A stretch of 55,553 nucleotides of DNA, filler included, from Dimargaris cristalligena (GCA_003614675.1; 2 parts of 2 records of this genome joined end to end with filler, not necessarily neighbours in it), one strand, 5' to 3'. Counted from the first letter of the whole stretch, positions 1 through 12,724 are shown. Notes: generated by a model from the letters alone, not told the origin. Program-made: numbers and translations.

Positions 1-1
1 G

Positions 2-1601
2 GTAAAGAAAAGGCAACTTACTGCCGCTGTCCAGGCCCTAGAAGCCGCTTCTCTTCGCTCGCGTGTCCCTGTTGCTACTGAAGCGACACCAGCAACTGCC
101 CTACGGCCACCCAGGGGTAATCGAACGGTCACCAGTCCCCTGACCCTACTCAAACGGCGCGCTTCCCATAATAACCCTATCCGACACTTAACCCTTCAAA
201 ACATGGGAGATCAGCCCGTATCGCCAACCCTTCCCCATTCCCAATCGACTCCTCAGCTGTATCAGCCTCCCCGCTCTTGCATGCGTAGCCCCAACTCCCG
301 GCTACCCACCTCCCCGGTGCCCCTATCCCCACGCGGGCATTCAAAGTTAATGCATAGCCCACCTCTCTACCCGGGGTCGTCAAGTACCGTTTCGTTTAAG
401 ACCGAATCTAATTATAGCCTGCCCCCCGCTACCTCCGGCCATCGGCTAAGCGTCGCGCTTTCTGATAGCACGATTACAATGGCACAGTCTCCGGATAAGC
501 TTCGCCCAATTTATGGGCACTCCGGCCGCCAGACCCCGATTCCTCCCCTTCCATATTTACCACCTACAGTGGTTAGTTCTGGCATACCCCGCCCACCAAC
601 TATGGGCCAGAGTGGACGAGTCTTTCCAAACGCCCAGCCGGGTCGCTCACGCCATTCCTTTACGAGTCCCGGGCCTTTATCGCCCAAAAGATCACCCCTG
701 TTGGGGACCCGTTCTCCTCCTTTGCGACCCACTCCCCGTTCGCCCCCCTCCCACTACCAGCCAACCTGGCAATCTCACTTATTTGAAAGGCCAGCCGCCC
801 CGGACTGGAGGGTGGCGATCCCCACCGCCCCCGCGGCCCAACGGCGGTGGATCTTCCCGACGGACCTCCCTCGTCCACTCCTCCGGAATCCCGCCTCCTT
901 CGACCAACGCTGGGGGCGGGGGGAAATCGGGTAATTTTACCCTTGCCCCAACTCCAGCCGCCGCTAAGCGGAACTCGATGCCGGCCAGTGCGGCCTCTCG
1001 CCGCCCACCGTCGATGTCTTCCCCCACCACCGTAGGCGAGCGACGCCAGGCCCGGACCACTCGACCGGTTTCCCTACTGGCCCTTCCGGTAACCCGCGTT
1101 TCCCCCGACCGAAAGGTCATCACCCGACCCCTTTCCGCACTGGCCTACCGATCGCCTTCGTTGCACCCCAGTATTGGCCAGCGCCTAGCGTCATGCTCGT
1201 GGCCGGCCAGTCAACTTCCGAAGCCCCTATCTGCGTCGAGTCCGGCTAGTGGGGCGGTTACTCGCCGGCACTCCCAGCTGTTGGCATCGTCGGCAACCCC
1301 ATTTTATTCGGGTCCGGCTGTATCGGCATCGCCTAACTCACTGACGGTCCCTAAATACGCTACTCTGCCACGAGCAGCCGGGCTGCCAGCGGCTGTCCGG
1401 AACCCAACTCCTTTAACCACGAATACCGCCCACGGTCGGGGACTTCTCGCCGACCATACCATACCTGAGGGTACAAACAAACCCCTGTCTCCCACCGACG
1501 TACACCGCCAGCGATCGCGGTTCGGATACGGTTCTTTTGAGGACTTCTTTAACCAATACCGCAACCGTCGGGCCGAGAAAACCAATGGATACACCACCTA
1601 A
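2..1601 (+). CDS. 3' part of a Ser/Pro/Arg-rich low-complexity protein, begins upstream of the window; apparent +1 frameshift at C-run 743-748
   Basis: Frame of ORF 203..934 is open from base 2 (VKKRQLTAAVQALEAASLR...). Removing one C from the C6 run at 743-748 joins ...PTPRSP to PPTTSQPGNL... of ORF 513..1601, ending TAA 1599-1601. No recognisable domain. Confidence 0.6.
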
Positions 1602-1625
1602 TTGTACAATATTATCGCCAAAGCA

Positions 1626-1665
1626 TTATTATTATTATTATTATTACTATTATTATTATTATTAT
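1626..1665. repeat. (TAT)n microsatellite
   Basis: About 13 TAT/TAC units just 3' of the CDS stop. Confidence 0.9.
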
Positions 1666-3366
1666 TTGCCGCATTCCACTAAGCTAGCCCCAATCCCACT
1701 ACTGTATTCTCACTATGTATGTGCCGTTTGTTCTTGTACTATTTACTGGAGTAATCGCAAGTAAGTCTGTACGTCCAGGTTGACAATCCGCTTCTTTTCC
1801 TTTAAGACTTATTATCACATTCCATTGTTTATTCCCGTCATTTAAAAGTTGACTTTTATCGACACTTTGCTTTATACCGTTTACCCCCCGATTAATTTCT
1901 TTTTTTCTTTCTTTAAAAAAAAATTGCTTGCATGGGGTTGGGTTTTCGATGTGGTTGCCACATAATCTATAATTAAGCTTTTTTATATTTTATTGATATA
2001 TTCACCAATAAATCGAGCTTACGTGGTTTTTCAATCAACTTCGAAAACTTCGTCGTGCGATTCCGCACCAACGGGAATATAATTAAACACTCGTACTCGA
2101 AATTCATTTATTGGATGCTCTGCATAAATGATGAGTGCAGAGTGAGGTGATGAAAGGGATAACTAAGTGATGGTGAATGAGGCCTTAATTGAGGAAATTT
2201 TGCTCGCCTCAAGAGGGTGGCAATCAAGGAATAATATGGGTATCCAACGTAGTCTAAAATAGTCTAATTATGCATTTGTTTGATGCCAAATTCTGGTATT
2301 GTTACCCTGCATGAACGCGCAGTACCCTGTTTATGCAGAGTCCCGAGGGACTAGTAGAGCTGGTCTTGATTATGGATAGATGGTCTGTATGTGTAGTCCC
2401 GTGAGACGATCCGCGACCAAGCCTTACAGCCCAACTGATGAATAGTATGCCGACATTAGTCTATCGATTATTTCAGATGACAACTGACTTATAAAATTAA
2501 GCTGAATATTGGGTGGTTTACCATACCTCCAGGCAGCATCTGCCTCAACACATATTTTAACGATTGTTTTACAATCCCTCTTCAGGTGACCCTCTTTGAA
2601 GCAGAGAACTATGCCTTTTTTTTATTATTATTTAAAAGATCATTTTATGATTATAAAATCTCACTGAAAAAATTGTTGAAATAAAAACTTTATTTGAGAA
2701 AATGTCACAGTCTTCCTCAGTTTATTGAAGTATTCAAACATTTCAATAGCTATTATGTCCTACCCCGAACTCGTTTCCTCCAATACATCCAGCGTCCCAA
2801 TCCATGTTGATCAGGTGATGCCCCAACAATGCCAAGGTCGCCTGAAAAAAAGATTCTGCGGCCCCCAGTCACATTCCTAAACTTAGCGCTGAAAGGCCAG
2901 CTCCTAAGGGCCATACATACCCAATTACCTTATTTAAAATGAGTGTAGTGTATGTTTGGGCAAGTCCTACATTTTTGGTGTCAATTAGGCCACTTAGGTC
3001 GCAGCAATCCTGTAATAAACAATACTAAAAAATGGGACAGGATGGGTTACTCACCTGTGACTGGGGTAGTTAGTGAGTTAATTGCCTACCTTTTCAATTG
3101 TTTTAAATGAATATGATAGTCTAAGGTCATGTATTGATTGTGCCATATTTTCGGCAGAATATATGAAAGGTACTGATGGTCAATTTTTATTTGAGTAGAC
3201 TGGCATCTATAGGACTAGTTCCCGGCTGATAGACAGAGAATAAAATTTGCTTAGAAAAGGTGGGGTTATAGATATATATAGTAACAGTTGGAATGGCTGG
3301 TATTTACAATAAGTAGAGTGAATCTGATGCATTTATATAATGTATTTATTAATGGATAAATATTAT

Positions 3367-4061
3367 TGTCTCACCTGAGTTAACTTCTCTTAGTCTATCA
3401 AGAGTCCCAAGGATAGGCTTCTAACAGTAGGTGGGGCTTAGACTTGGCCAAGTGGGTCCTAGCATTAGGATGGGCATAGTACTAACCAAATAAAGAATAA
3501 GTGCAGGTAAATGCAAGGGAAGTGCAGTGGGCACACTTACTAGTTAGTACAAGGGGGTAAGTATATGTAGAGTTTATTGGGGTTAACTAGTGGTAAATAA
3601 TAAGCTAAGGAAACTAACTGGTCCCAGTGGGGCCCAGTTATATATATGCAGGGACAACTCCAGTGGGAGGTCCTAAGGGGAATATTAATAAGACTACATA
3701 TAGGTAAATAAGGAGTCTGAGCAGACAGCTTTGTATCTGGAAGACTCTCATGGGAACTGGAAGAGTCATTTGGATCAGCTGGCCAAGTGTTTTGTGTGAA
3801 GCATTGGGGGACCAGAAGGAGAAGGGTTATATAATAGATGATGATCCTATAGTACTGGGGGTGACTATGGGAGGGTTAATATGGTACTATAAGGTTAAAT
3901 AAAAACAGATGATTGTTAAGTCAGGATTAAGTCAGATTAGGAGGGCTGACAGTGCCCCTACCTAATGTAAGGACCCACTTGGCTGAGTCTAAGCCCTGTC
4001 TACCATTAGAAGCCTATCCTTAGGACTCTTGGCAGACTAAGAGTGGTTAACTCAGGTGACA
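3367..4061. mobile_element. Non-autonomous fold-back element with ~110-bp terminal inverted repeats and 9-10-bp TSD (Mutator-like architecture; alternatively solo LTR plus inverted partial LTR)
   Basis: 3367-~3478 (tgtctcacctgagttaac...) is the reverse complement of ~3951-4061 (...gttaactcaggtgaca). Flanks taaatattat (3357-3366) and taaatattac (4062-4071). Homologous copy at 53189. Confidence 0.8.
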
Positions 4062-5380
4062 TAAATATTACTTAGTAGAGACTATACTTGTTTATTAATA
4101 GGATCAGTATTTTCTCTACTGTAGATACTTAAGATCCATTAAGTTCATATTATCAGTTATAGTTTGGCTAGTCTGGCCATTTAGTATATATATCCCAATG
4201 AATTTCCCCTGATCAAAAATCAACTTTCATCTGAGATATTTGAATAGACCTATTTCAAACTTTCTCAGTAAAACTGATGATTCCCAATGAATCTTATTGT
4301 TTTATCATATTTTATGTTTTCTGTTTAATTACACATCCCTTATATAGAGTTTTCTATACCATTATATAGCCCGATGGCATAGTGATGGAAACCAGTAAGC
4401 AACTTCAATGTACCTTCTCAACCCCAACCTACCCAAGTCTACTTCCATTTCTAGTCCCTTGGCATCCAAATCCAGCATTCCCCACATCGCTAAGCTCAAG
4501 AAACCAGTCGCGAGTGATATGACATGGTTCTTATAAAGTTCCGGCACAACAACTCACATTCCCTTGGCATTATGTCCTGTGAACTTAGTAGTAGGGATCT
4601 TCAGAATGGGAAGGATATTTGCCTTATATTTCAACCTGATTTTTTTTCCAATTGGGAAAAACTTTACAAAAAACATAAATAAATATGAATTATACCTATA
4701 ATCCCCACTAGGAATAATACCCGTAGACTGCGCTAAAGCATTAGGGAGCTATTATACTGGCGCCTTCCAAGGCGGATTTTTTTGGTTGAACAGCGAGTAG
4801 GGCTACCGCCCATCGAGGTCTATCTTCCCTACCCCCTTTTTTGCCCAATTGGGTTCGATTAATTTGGTTATAATTGATAAAGTCGGCTATGCCTGAACTC
4901 CGACGGATGGCAGTCTATTTGGTAAATTGTTGTACAGACTCGCCCACCATAGCATTCATAGTAATTGAGCATAGCCTATAATTGTAAACGATGCTCAGCC
5001 CACCGCCCTTAACTATCGGCGATACATAATTTATCGGGCATATGCCTTCAATTTGATAAGTGAATCGAGCCTTGCTGTGCGCATTCATTCCTTACCACCT
5101 GAGTCCACCATGTACTGCCAGTTTTATCCAGATACGGCAGCAAGCTTATTGTCGGTGATAGTACATATCCATCAGCACAACGGCATCCCAAAATAGTTGT
5201 TTAAAAGGCTGTTGGTTCGCCCTCCAAATTAACAACAGACAGCCACGTTCTCACATTCCAGCACCAGTCTTCCTCTCTATTCGAACACCCGTTTGCGTCT
5301 ACTACTTCAACTGCGACATCCCTTATACTATTCATCCCATACAATCCCTCTCCTTTTCCCGCCCACTCTCATTCCACAAA

Positions 5381-6046
5381 ATGAAGACCGTCGCTCTTAC
5401 TTGTGCTCTCTTCGTAGTCCTTGCTGCTGCTGATGGTAGCTATGCTGGCGGTTACGGTGCTGGCAAAAAAATTGGTTGAAAAAGTGGCAAATCCGGTCAC
5501 GGTGGGGGTAAGGGTGGCTACGGCGGCGCTATGTACCGTCGCGACCTCTTTAGCGGTCTTTTTAGCGGCTACGGTGGGGGTCTCAACAACGGAAAATCCG
5601 ATGGCGGCTACGATGGCGGCTATGACGGTGGAAAAACTGGCGGTTAGTACGGTGGTGGTTACGACGGCGGCTATGGTGGTTGCAAGGCTGGTGGAGGTAT
5701 TATTGGCAACAGCGGTTATGATGGCGGTCAGTACGGTGGTGGTTACGATGGTGGTTATGGTGGCGGGGCCATTATTGGTAACGGTGGTCAGGGCTTCGAT
5801 GGTGGCCTATTCGATGGCGGTATCGGTGGCTTGTATGGGCCATCCGCCGAAGCTCCCGAAGTCAGCGAAGGTACTGAGGATGGTAATGACAATCACGATG
5901 GTGAACTTCGCCGCCGCAGTGAGCCGACCAAATTCGCCTCCAAGAATGACATCAACAATAAAAAGCTCTCCGCGCAAGCCCTCAAGTTCAAGAACCAAAA
6001 GGCCCAGAAGTTCAACACCAAGTCCAAGACCTTCGCGATTAACTAA
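5381..6046 (+). pseudogene. Secreted Gly/Tyr-rich protein (GGYDGGY repeats, RR/RRR sites, Lys-rich tail) interrupted by two in-frame stops
   Basis: ATG 5381 MKTVALTCALFVVLAAA signal peptide; single frame to TAA 6044-6046 with TGA 5477-5479 and TAG 5645-5647 (the sister repeat unit has CAG). Confidence 0.75.
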
Positions 6047-7538
6047 GCCCGCCGCCATGGCTTGGGAGGATATCCACCAAATTGCACCCCGGGTTTAATT
6101 CCTCACCTCTATCGGACTGAATTGCGTGTGTTTGTTTTCCTCGGAGATCGGTGTTGTGTCTTGGCGACCTACTTCTGGCACTATTTTCTATTTATTGCAG
6201 CTTATTCGGAAATGTTGCGAATTGCTTATCGCATCCATATTTTTCTCAGGAATTTAATTAAACTACTTGATTGATAGTACTCCCGTGGCTAATATTTATG
6301 ATTACAGGTCATGACTCCTTAAGGGTCTATGCTCCATGAGCATGTCGGACTAAATGGGGGGTTTGGCCCGATTCGGCATGAACACATCAATTCTCGTCAA
6401 AGAACACGGGGTTGTAATAGTTCCCAAACTGGGGATGATGTATATGTATTGCCGTCAGGACACCGGCAATCTTTTGCCAGGCTTGGGGATGCGCGCGGGC
6501 ATTGCAGCCACTGGCATAGGGTGTACTAGGGTCGATGAGGACGTCTTCTGGCCGAAGAAGAGAGGAACGTTGGCCCTGGAAGGAACAGAAGAGGGGGTGG
6601 TATGATATCAATCGAACTATCAAAACAATCTATAAACTAGTAGAAAAAAGGCCGATTTAAATGATTTAAATATTTATTTATAATAATTATTCCAATAGAA
6701 TTCTAAGGTCGTGAAAGAAATAGAAAGGTTGAGCAAAACTGTACTGTCTTCCTCGGTGGAAGAGGGCTCCCAGAACTGAGGTCATCAAGCAATCATTATA
6801 GATAGTCCAGATATCATTATACAATTTAGAATATCATTATAAAACCGTCATAGCGCCTGGCCGTTATCATGAAAATCCAATCATTAATCGGGTGTTAACT
6901 TCCCAAAAGGCGTGGAAATATTCTCAAGTAATTCGCCATATCAATAGAAATCGGTTGCAAGGGTTGAGATAATCAATGGTCATCAGTTTCGTAATAGTAA
7001 TCGCCGGGTGAATGGATAGCCGAACAGTGAGGGCTGATCACTGACATACCCACCGCACTACACACACACCCTTTCTCTCTCTATATGCCGATATGGATGA
7101 ATACAGATTGGGAACATCCCTTTAAAAAAGACATTCTTGCAAAAGAACATCTCATCTTCATTCTTGCATTTCCAACTTGGCAAACGTAAAGGAATAGAGT
7201 TTCTATTCAAAATGGCAGTATCCACTTTATTTTTTGGTATATTCTCAGCCCTTTCCTAGTGCCTCCCACTCGACATTTAGTCGGCAGTCACCACTGTGTT
7301 GAATTATTAATTGAAAAAACCAGACATCCTCATAACTATTCTCCCATCTTATGATACCCGTTATCATGTGCCCGCCGGCTCGAAACAAGAACTGTGCCTA
7401 TACCGGGAACTAGCCCCAATGGCGATAAACCGCGCTGAAAAATTAACTACTTTCTCCACTTGTATCATCACAACCCGCAGCAAAGTCGGAGTCTTACAGC
7501 CGTACAAACTAAAGGGCCCATACAACCAGCAGGTATCA

Positions 7539-7678
7539 TATGGGAGAGGTTCAACCGAGCTGTATAGCGAAAAATCCATTGGATGAAGCAAATATTACTG
7601 GTTGAAAATAAATCTCCCATACATTATCCCATACACATCATTTAAAACCTTATACAGCTGGGCCGAATTTCACCCATA
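7539..7678 (+). mobile_element. ~140-bp MITE, copy 1 (Tc1/mariner-like, TA-flanked)
   Basis: Imperfect TIRs tatgggagaggttcaaccgagctgtata ... tatacagctgggccgaatttcacccata; related copies at 43084, 43391, 52203. Confidence 0.85.
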
Positions 7679-8381
7679 TATACTTTTCTCGACTAGGGAA
7701 TGTTACAGTCTGGGCCTTGTACCACCATACTGTGCGAAACTAGCCAGCTAGACACTATTCCATAGTATTATAAGAATATTATGGTTGGGAATTGGGGTGT
7801 TTGTCTGGAAGGGGCGCAATTCCGATATTAATAGTACCATAAAGGGATTAACACCCAAAATATTATAATACATGAAGCCTTCGAGCTTCAAGTTGCCAGT
7901 ATTTGGCCAACTCCATAAGGTGGTCGCCGCTACCTTTGGCGCTGGATCCTCATAGGGGGAGCTTCCCTCCACTACTTTGGAATTTAGTTATCTTGCTCAG
8001 CGAGAGGAAGCATCACATTGCTTCCATTCCCTTCTTCCGGTTATTTTTTTTCCAATAGGGACCATCTGAAACACAACGTTGGCCTGACCGGGCCTATCGC
8101 TTAAAAGCCTAGTTTCACAGAAACCAACACCACTGTAGTTACCAATTGGGTTACATGGTATACTCTCCATTGCCCATCCCAAATTGGTTTGTGGCCGATT
8201 TTTAATTAAAAGTTGAGCCATATAGCCGACCCCACTTGGTTCGCCCGCCCCATGTAGTTATCAACAGTCGAATGCCCTCTAACCCAAATGTGTAGCAAAG
8301 TGTATCCTGCTTAGATTGGACCATTTGTATTTTCTCTTTACTGCCCTTTGTCCGAGTTTACTCTTCACTTTATCCACTTCC

Positions 8382-9374
8382 ATGCCTGTATGTCCTATCC
8401 GCATTGCTATCCAGGCCCTATTCTGGATTTTGGTCTTGGTCGCTCATTCTATATGGGCCACACGTAGCTCTCGACAAACCGCAGAAGGGGGCTATTCGCC
8501 ATATCCGACATTATCCTGGACCTCCTCGCCAGTATTTGACCCCCGAACTAAATCATATTTCTATGGAGATAGGCATGTGAACAAGTCCTGGTTTGTTAGG
8601 GATAGTCAAGCCAATTTCCAATCGAATTTACTGGCGAATGAAGAAATGACAATATCCTCGGTAGGGGCAGCGAACAATAATCGTGGACCATTTGGCACGG
8701 ATCCTTCCGGTACCCTGTTCCAGGATGGCGTCATAGCGGCAACTCTCCCTGGCACCCAACCTATTGATGTGCCAAACTATTCTGGGCCTGCTACTGGGGA
8801 AGCCGAGGAATTGCGAGAATCGATTAAAACCCTAGCAAGGAGCCATATTGTACTCCCATTGGAACAAAGCTGGAAGTTATGTGAGGAATTATCGAAGACT
8901 GCCTTCCCTACTTACCCACGGGCATTCGAAGCGGAAACCAGCTTCAACTCCAGTAATCCGACATTTTTACAGTTACGCCACAGATTCCAATATCATTTGA
9001 GTAACTTCCACCAATATATGCAACTATGTGCAGCTGTCAATACAAGACCTTTCACTAGTAGACTAAGCCAATTTCTTCGAAAAAATGTACGGTCCTTATC
9101 CAAGCCGTCTATGCTATACGGGCTTACATTCAATAACGAGACTGGCGAATTCCAAATTCATTTTTTTACCAATATCTTAGGATATCAATGTGGCACACTA
9201 GCTCATTTCGTTGAAACGCCCAACTCCAATATATCACTTCGAGTAATTCAACTTGTACAGGATCCTGAAAGCACAATCAGAATTCTCAATGTGTTATTGA
9301 ATAAGTACAATAATTGCAGAGAAAAACTTTTTTATGAATATACTCTACACTACGTCGCCCTTCATAATCAATGA
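8382..9374 (+). CDS. Lineage-specific predicted secreted protein, paralog A (330 aa)
   Basis: ATG 8382 MPVCPIRIAIQALFWILVLVAHSIWA signal-peptide-like; intronless; aligns along its length with the 11756 paralog (SPYP-LSW-SSP-FDPR, AATLP-T--IDVPN-SG, LSQFLRKN, GYQC--LA-FVE-PNSN-SLR-I-LVQDPE). Confidence 0.7.
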   Translation: MPVCPIRIAIQALFWILVLVAHSIWATRSSRQTAEGGYSPYPTLSWTSSPVFDPRTKSYFYGDRHVNKSWFVRDSQANFQSNLLANEEMTISSVGAANNNRGPFGTDPSGTLFQDGVIAATLPGTQPIDVPNYSGPATGEAEELRESIKTLARSHIVLPLEQSWKLCEELSKTAFPTYPRAFEAETSFNSSNPTFLQLRHRFQYHLSNFHQYMQLCAAVNTRPFTSRLSQFLRKNVRSLSKPSMLYGLTFNNETGEFQIHFFTNILGYQCGTLAHFVETPNSNISLRVIQLVQDPESTIRILNVLLNKYNNCREKLFYEYTLHYVALHNQ

Positions 9375-11755
9375 GATTAAAACAGGTTGATACTTTGAAA
9401 CTGGGCGCCAGTATTGCTAAATACCATTAAGGAAGTGCGGGAATTCAGTTACTGAAGTTGTCCTTTGTGGGAACGCTGTTCCCTCTCGGACAACTTATGC
9501 TGGGCATTCCCAGTGGACGTTTATTGATGATAGTATCCCACTTAATAATACTTGTATGCCCACCCGTAAATTTAACATTTAACATCAATTCACTTCAATA
9601 ATTACAGGATGGTTAATTTAGTTAATTGCTCATTGCTCAAAAAAGGCCTGAGGAAGAAAATGGAGGGTATGCCCCGGACTAGAGCAGTATTACATATACC
9701 CTGCTGAGGCAGGAACTCATCTTTTACAAAAACTATTTTACATTATACATCATTTCTAACAAAATAAAGCCTATCACGGCGTCAACAGGCCTACTGTCAT
9801 CAACTTCACTTCCGCTGGTCCACTAACAGAAGTAGTTATTAGTCCCTACTGATGTATAGGAACATCAATCTAAACCCTTTCAGTTATTCATATATTTTTT
9901 TGATTCAGCAGTTGACTCCTGATTCAAAAGTTGTACTGTCTATTTGTCTAGACGTTTTTATTATCAATTTTGTATACACTTTTTACTACAATTTATCACT
10001 TTATAAAACCTTTGACAAACCCATTTATTAGAGCAACCTCCTAGATTCACTCTACCATTTTTGTATATGGAGCGCGAGCTAGTATTATACTCCCTCCATC
10101 AACTCATATTTAATCCTCACTTGAATCTATCCCAGCACGAGTAGCATGGGTGGAATATAAAGGTGACTATATCGGTATCTACTTAATAACTGCTCTTTAT
10201 AGAGTATTAACTACTCCAGTAGTAACCCCGTTTTCCGAGTTCGTCGAATAACCATCAATGGCCATAGGAAGTTGACAAAATGCCCGCCAAATGGCCCCAC
10301 TCATTATTACACAAAATAACTATATATTCATTTCAAGGGGTGTCATAATGAATCTTTGGCAATCAGCACTATGTAACCTATTCCCGTTGCCCATCTTAAC
10401 AATGTAGCTTCCTCAATAAATCCGCTAATGGCAGGGGATTACACAAATTTCCATAAGTATAATACTTCCCTGTGACACAATTAAATTAGAGTGGGTGCCA
10501 GTTTCCGTCAGTGACAGATGGAAACAATGCCGTTTTCAACGAAATCCACACCCATGAATACATACACGTCCTGCATGTCAATAGGTGTGAGCACAGGCCT
10601 CGAAATTGCCTTTTATAAAACCACTCTTACGAAGGAGCATACCATGCTATTTCTGGCATTGCCTTACTTTATGTCGAAGGCAACAATCCCAATACCCCCT
10701 GCGACCTTTAATGAGGAAAGGAACGTATTTCCTCTTCAAAGGAACAGTTTGTATTTCTCATCTAGTATTTTTCTTCACCAGTCATTACCAAGTTTAATTT
10801 TTAATTGAAAAATAACGAACCTTCTTAAACTGCTCTCTCTTTTTTTCTGGTAACTGCCCACACCTGGAACGTACTCTTCTTATCTGGCGAGCGTCCCTTC
10901 ATCTTTGAGTAAGGAGCCAGCCTCAGTGACTATAGCCCGTGCTGAAAGGGCGGCTTTATCCCCCGCTTGCAACCCCAAGTGCACTAGTGAAATGTTGGAG
11001 TCTAACAACTGTACAAACGGAAGGTTATATATAACCAACTGAATATAGTTGTACCGTTGTCGACTAAGAAATGTTGCAAATTGAACCTTGTATCACAGTA
11101 TTGTATGAAATGGGCCAGCCAGACTCTATTTCAAAGAGCTATACGGCTATTAACTATAAAAATATATATTAGTGCAGAGGGAATGAATTCATAAACCATA
11201 AATCACATGAAAGGGAATATCTACGAAAGTTTGGAAAATTAGGAACTTTGGAGCTATAGATTACTAATATTGGGGGCATTTTTTCAAATGACCCCCTCGA
11301 CCCTTGGTGCAATGCCCTCATTAGGAGTAATACTAAGAGAGTATTGGGGCATTGTTGGCATGTTTGGCAAGGGGAGCTATTTAGGTGCCACCATTTTCTC
11401 ACTTTGCAGTTTTCTCTCTTTGGATACCATGCCAAACCCAACCATGGCATTACTGGGCTTGTCGTTGGATCGGCCGCATTTTGAAGTAATCAGCACCACT
11501 GTAGAGGTGGCCAATAGGGAACCGTACCACTCTCTTCCTTGTGTATCCCAAGACAGGCTGGGTTAAATTTTAGATTGAGGGCTGACCCTTATACCTGGCC
11601 ACACTTTGCTTGCCCACCCCAGGGGGGTAGTTTAAATACAATGAATAGTCTTCCAGTTCAGTTTTTCAGCCAAGCGTTTTCTGCTTAAATTTATCCATTT
11701 GCCATTTCCCTTCACTGTCCTTTGCTTAAATCTACCATCCATCATATCCACTCCC

Positions 11756-12724
11756 ATGGCGGTATGGCCCATTCACGTTGCCTTCTGGGCTTTATTCTGA
11801 AAACTGACACTGGCCCCTAATTGTACGTGGGCCACGGATAGCCCTAATCAATCCACCAATGACCTTTCGCCCTATCCGATATTATCATGGAGCTCCTCGC
11901 CATTCTTTGACCCACGCATGGGATCCTATTTTAACGGAGATAAATACCTGGACAATCCTCAGTTAGTTAGAGATAGGCATGCCAATTCCAGACCGAATTC
12001 GCCAGCCGCCGAAGTAACGCCACCTTACTTGTCGGCATCATCATCTACTTCGGCGGGGGCAGTGAACAATGGCCTCGGCCTATCCAACATAAGCCCACCC
12101 GACACCCAGTTTCAAGATAGTATCAGAGCGGCAACTCTCCCGGACACCCATTCTATCGATGTACCCAACTTTTCTGGACGTGCTCTTGGGGAAGGTGAGG
12201 CACTACACGAATTGCTTAAAAACCTAGCAAGGGGCAGCCGTGCACTCCTTTTGACACAAAGCCGAGAGGTATGTGAGGGCTTATCGAAGATCGCCTTCCC
12301 TGTATACCCCCGGACATCCGATGTTAACATGCACTTCACCTCCCGCTACACCTCCATCCATACGGCATATTCGGAGTTGCGCAGTATTTTTGGGGCTCAA
12401 ATGAGTCGCTTTTGGCGATATATCCGAGAAAAGGGGGCTAGCAGTACCAGACCGGTTGCCAGTATTCTAAGTCAATTTCTTCGAAAAAACGCGAAAACAA
12501 TGGCCGAGCCGTCCATGATATACGGTATTACATTCAATCATGTAGCTAGCGAAGCTCAACTTCACTTATTCACCAATAGCCAAGGATACCAATGCGATGC
12601 ACTAGCTAATTTCGTTGAGCCACCCAATTCCAATTTATCGCTTCGCATAATTCATCTTGTACAGGATCCTGAATACACAATCAAGATCCTTAACAGTTTA
12701 TTTGTTGATTATGCAGTGCCGTGA
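11756..12724 (+). pseudogene. Paralog B of the secreted protein, TGA at codon 15 within the signal peptide
   Basis: ATG 11756 MAVWPIHVAFWALF* (TGA 11798-11800, where paralog A has TGG Trp), then in frame with ORF 11918..12724. The 5' flank is also similar to paralog A's. Confidence 0.7.

Noticed and set aside
2903..2999. Short inverted repeat cctaagggcc ... ggccacttagg, possible second MITE
   Set aside because: Only about 10 bp, imperfect, no TSD and no second copy seen.
5421..6098. 225-aa Val/Ala/Thr/Met-rich ORF
   Set aside because: Shifted-frame shadow of the GGY-repeat gene; the frame from ATG 5381 has the signal peptide and coherent repeats.
7748..8221. Two in-frame short minus-strand ORFs that could be one decayed gene
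   Set aside because: No recognisable motifs, and they overlap the promoter region of the 8382 gene; unsupported.
11798..11800. Genome-wide TGA=Trp reassignment
   Set aside because: TGA terminates conserved genes here (38626-38628 aligned to TAA in its paralog; 48697-48699) and Trp in conserved genes is TGG.
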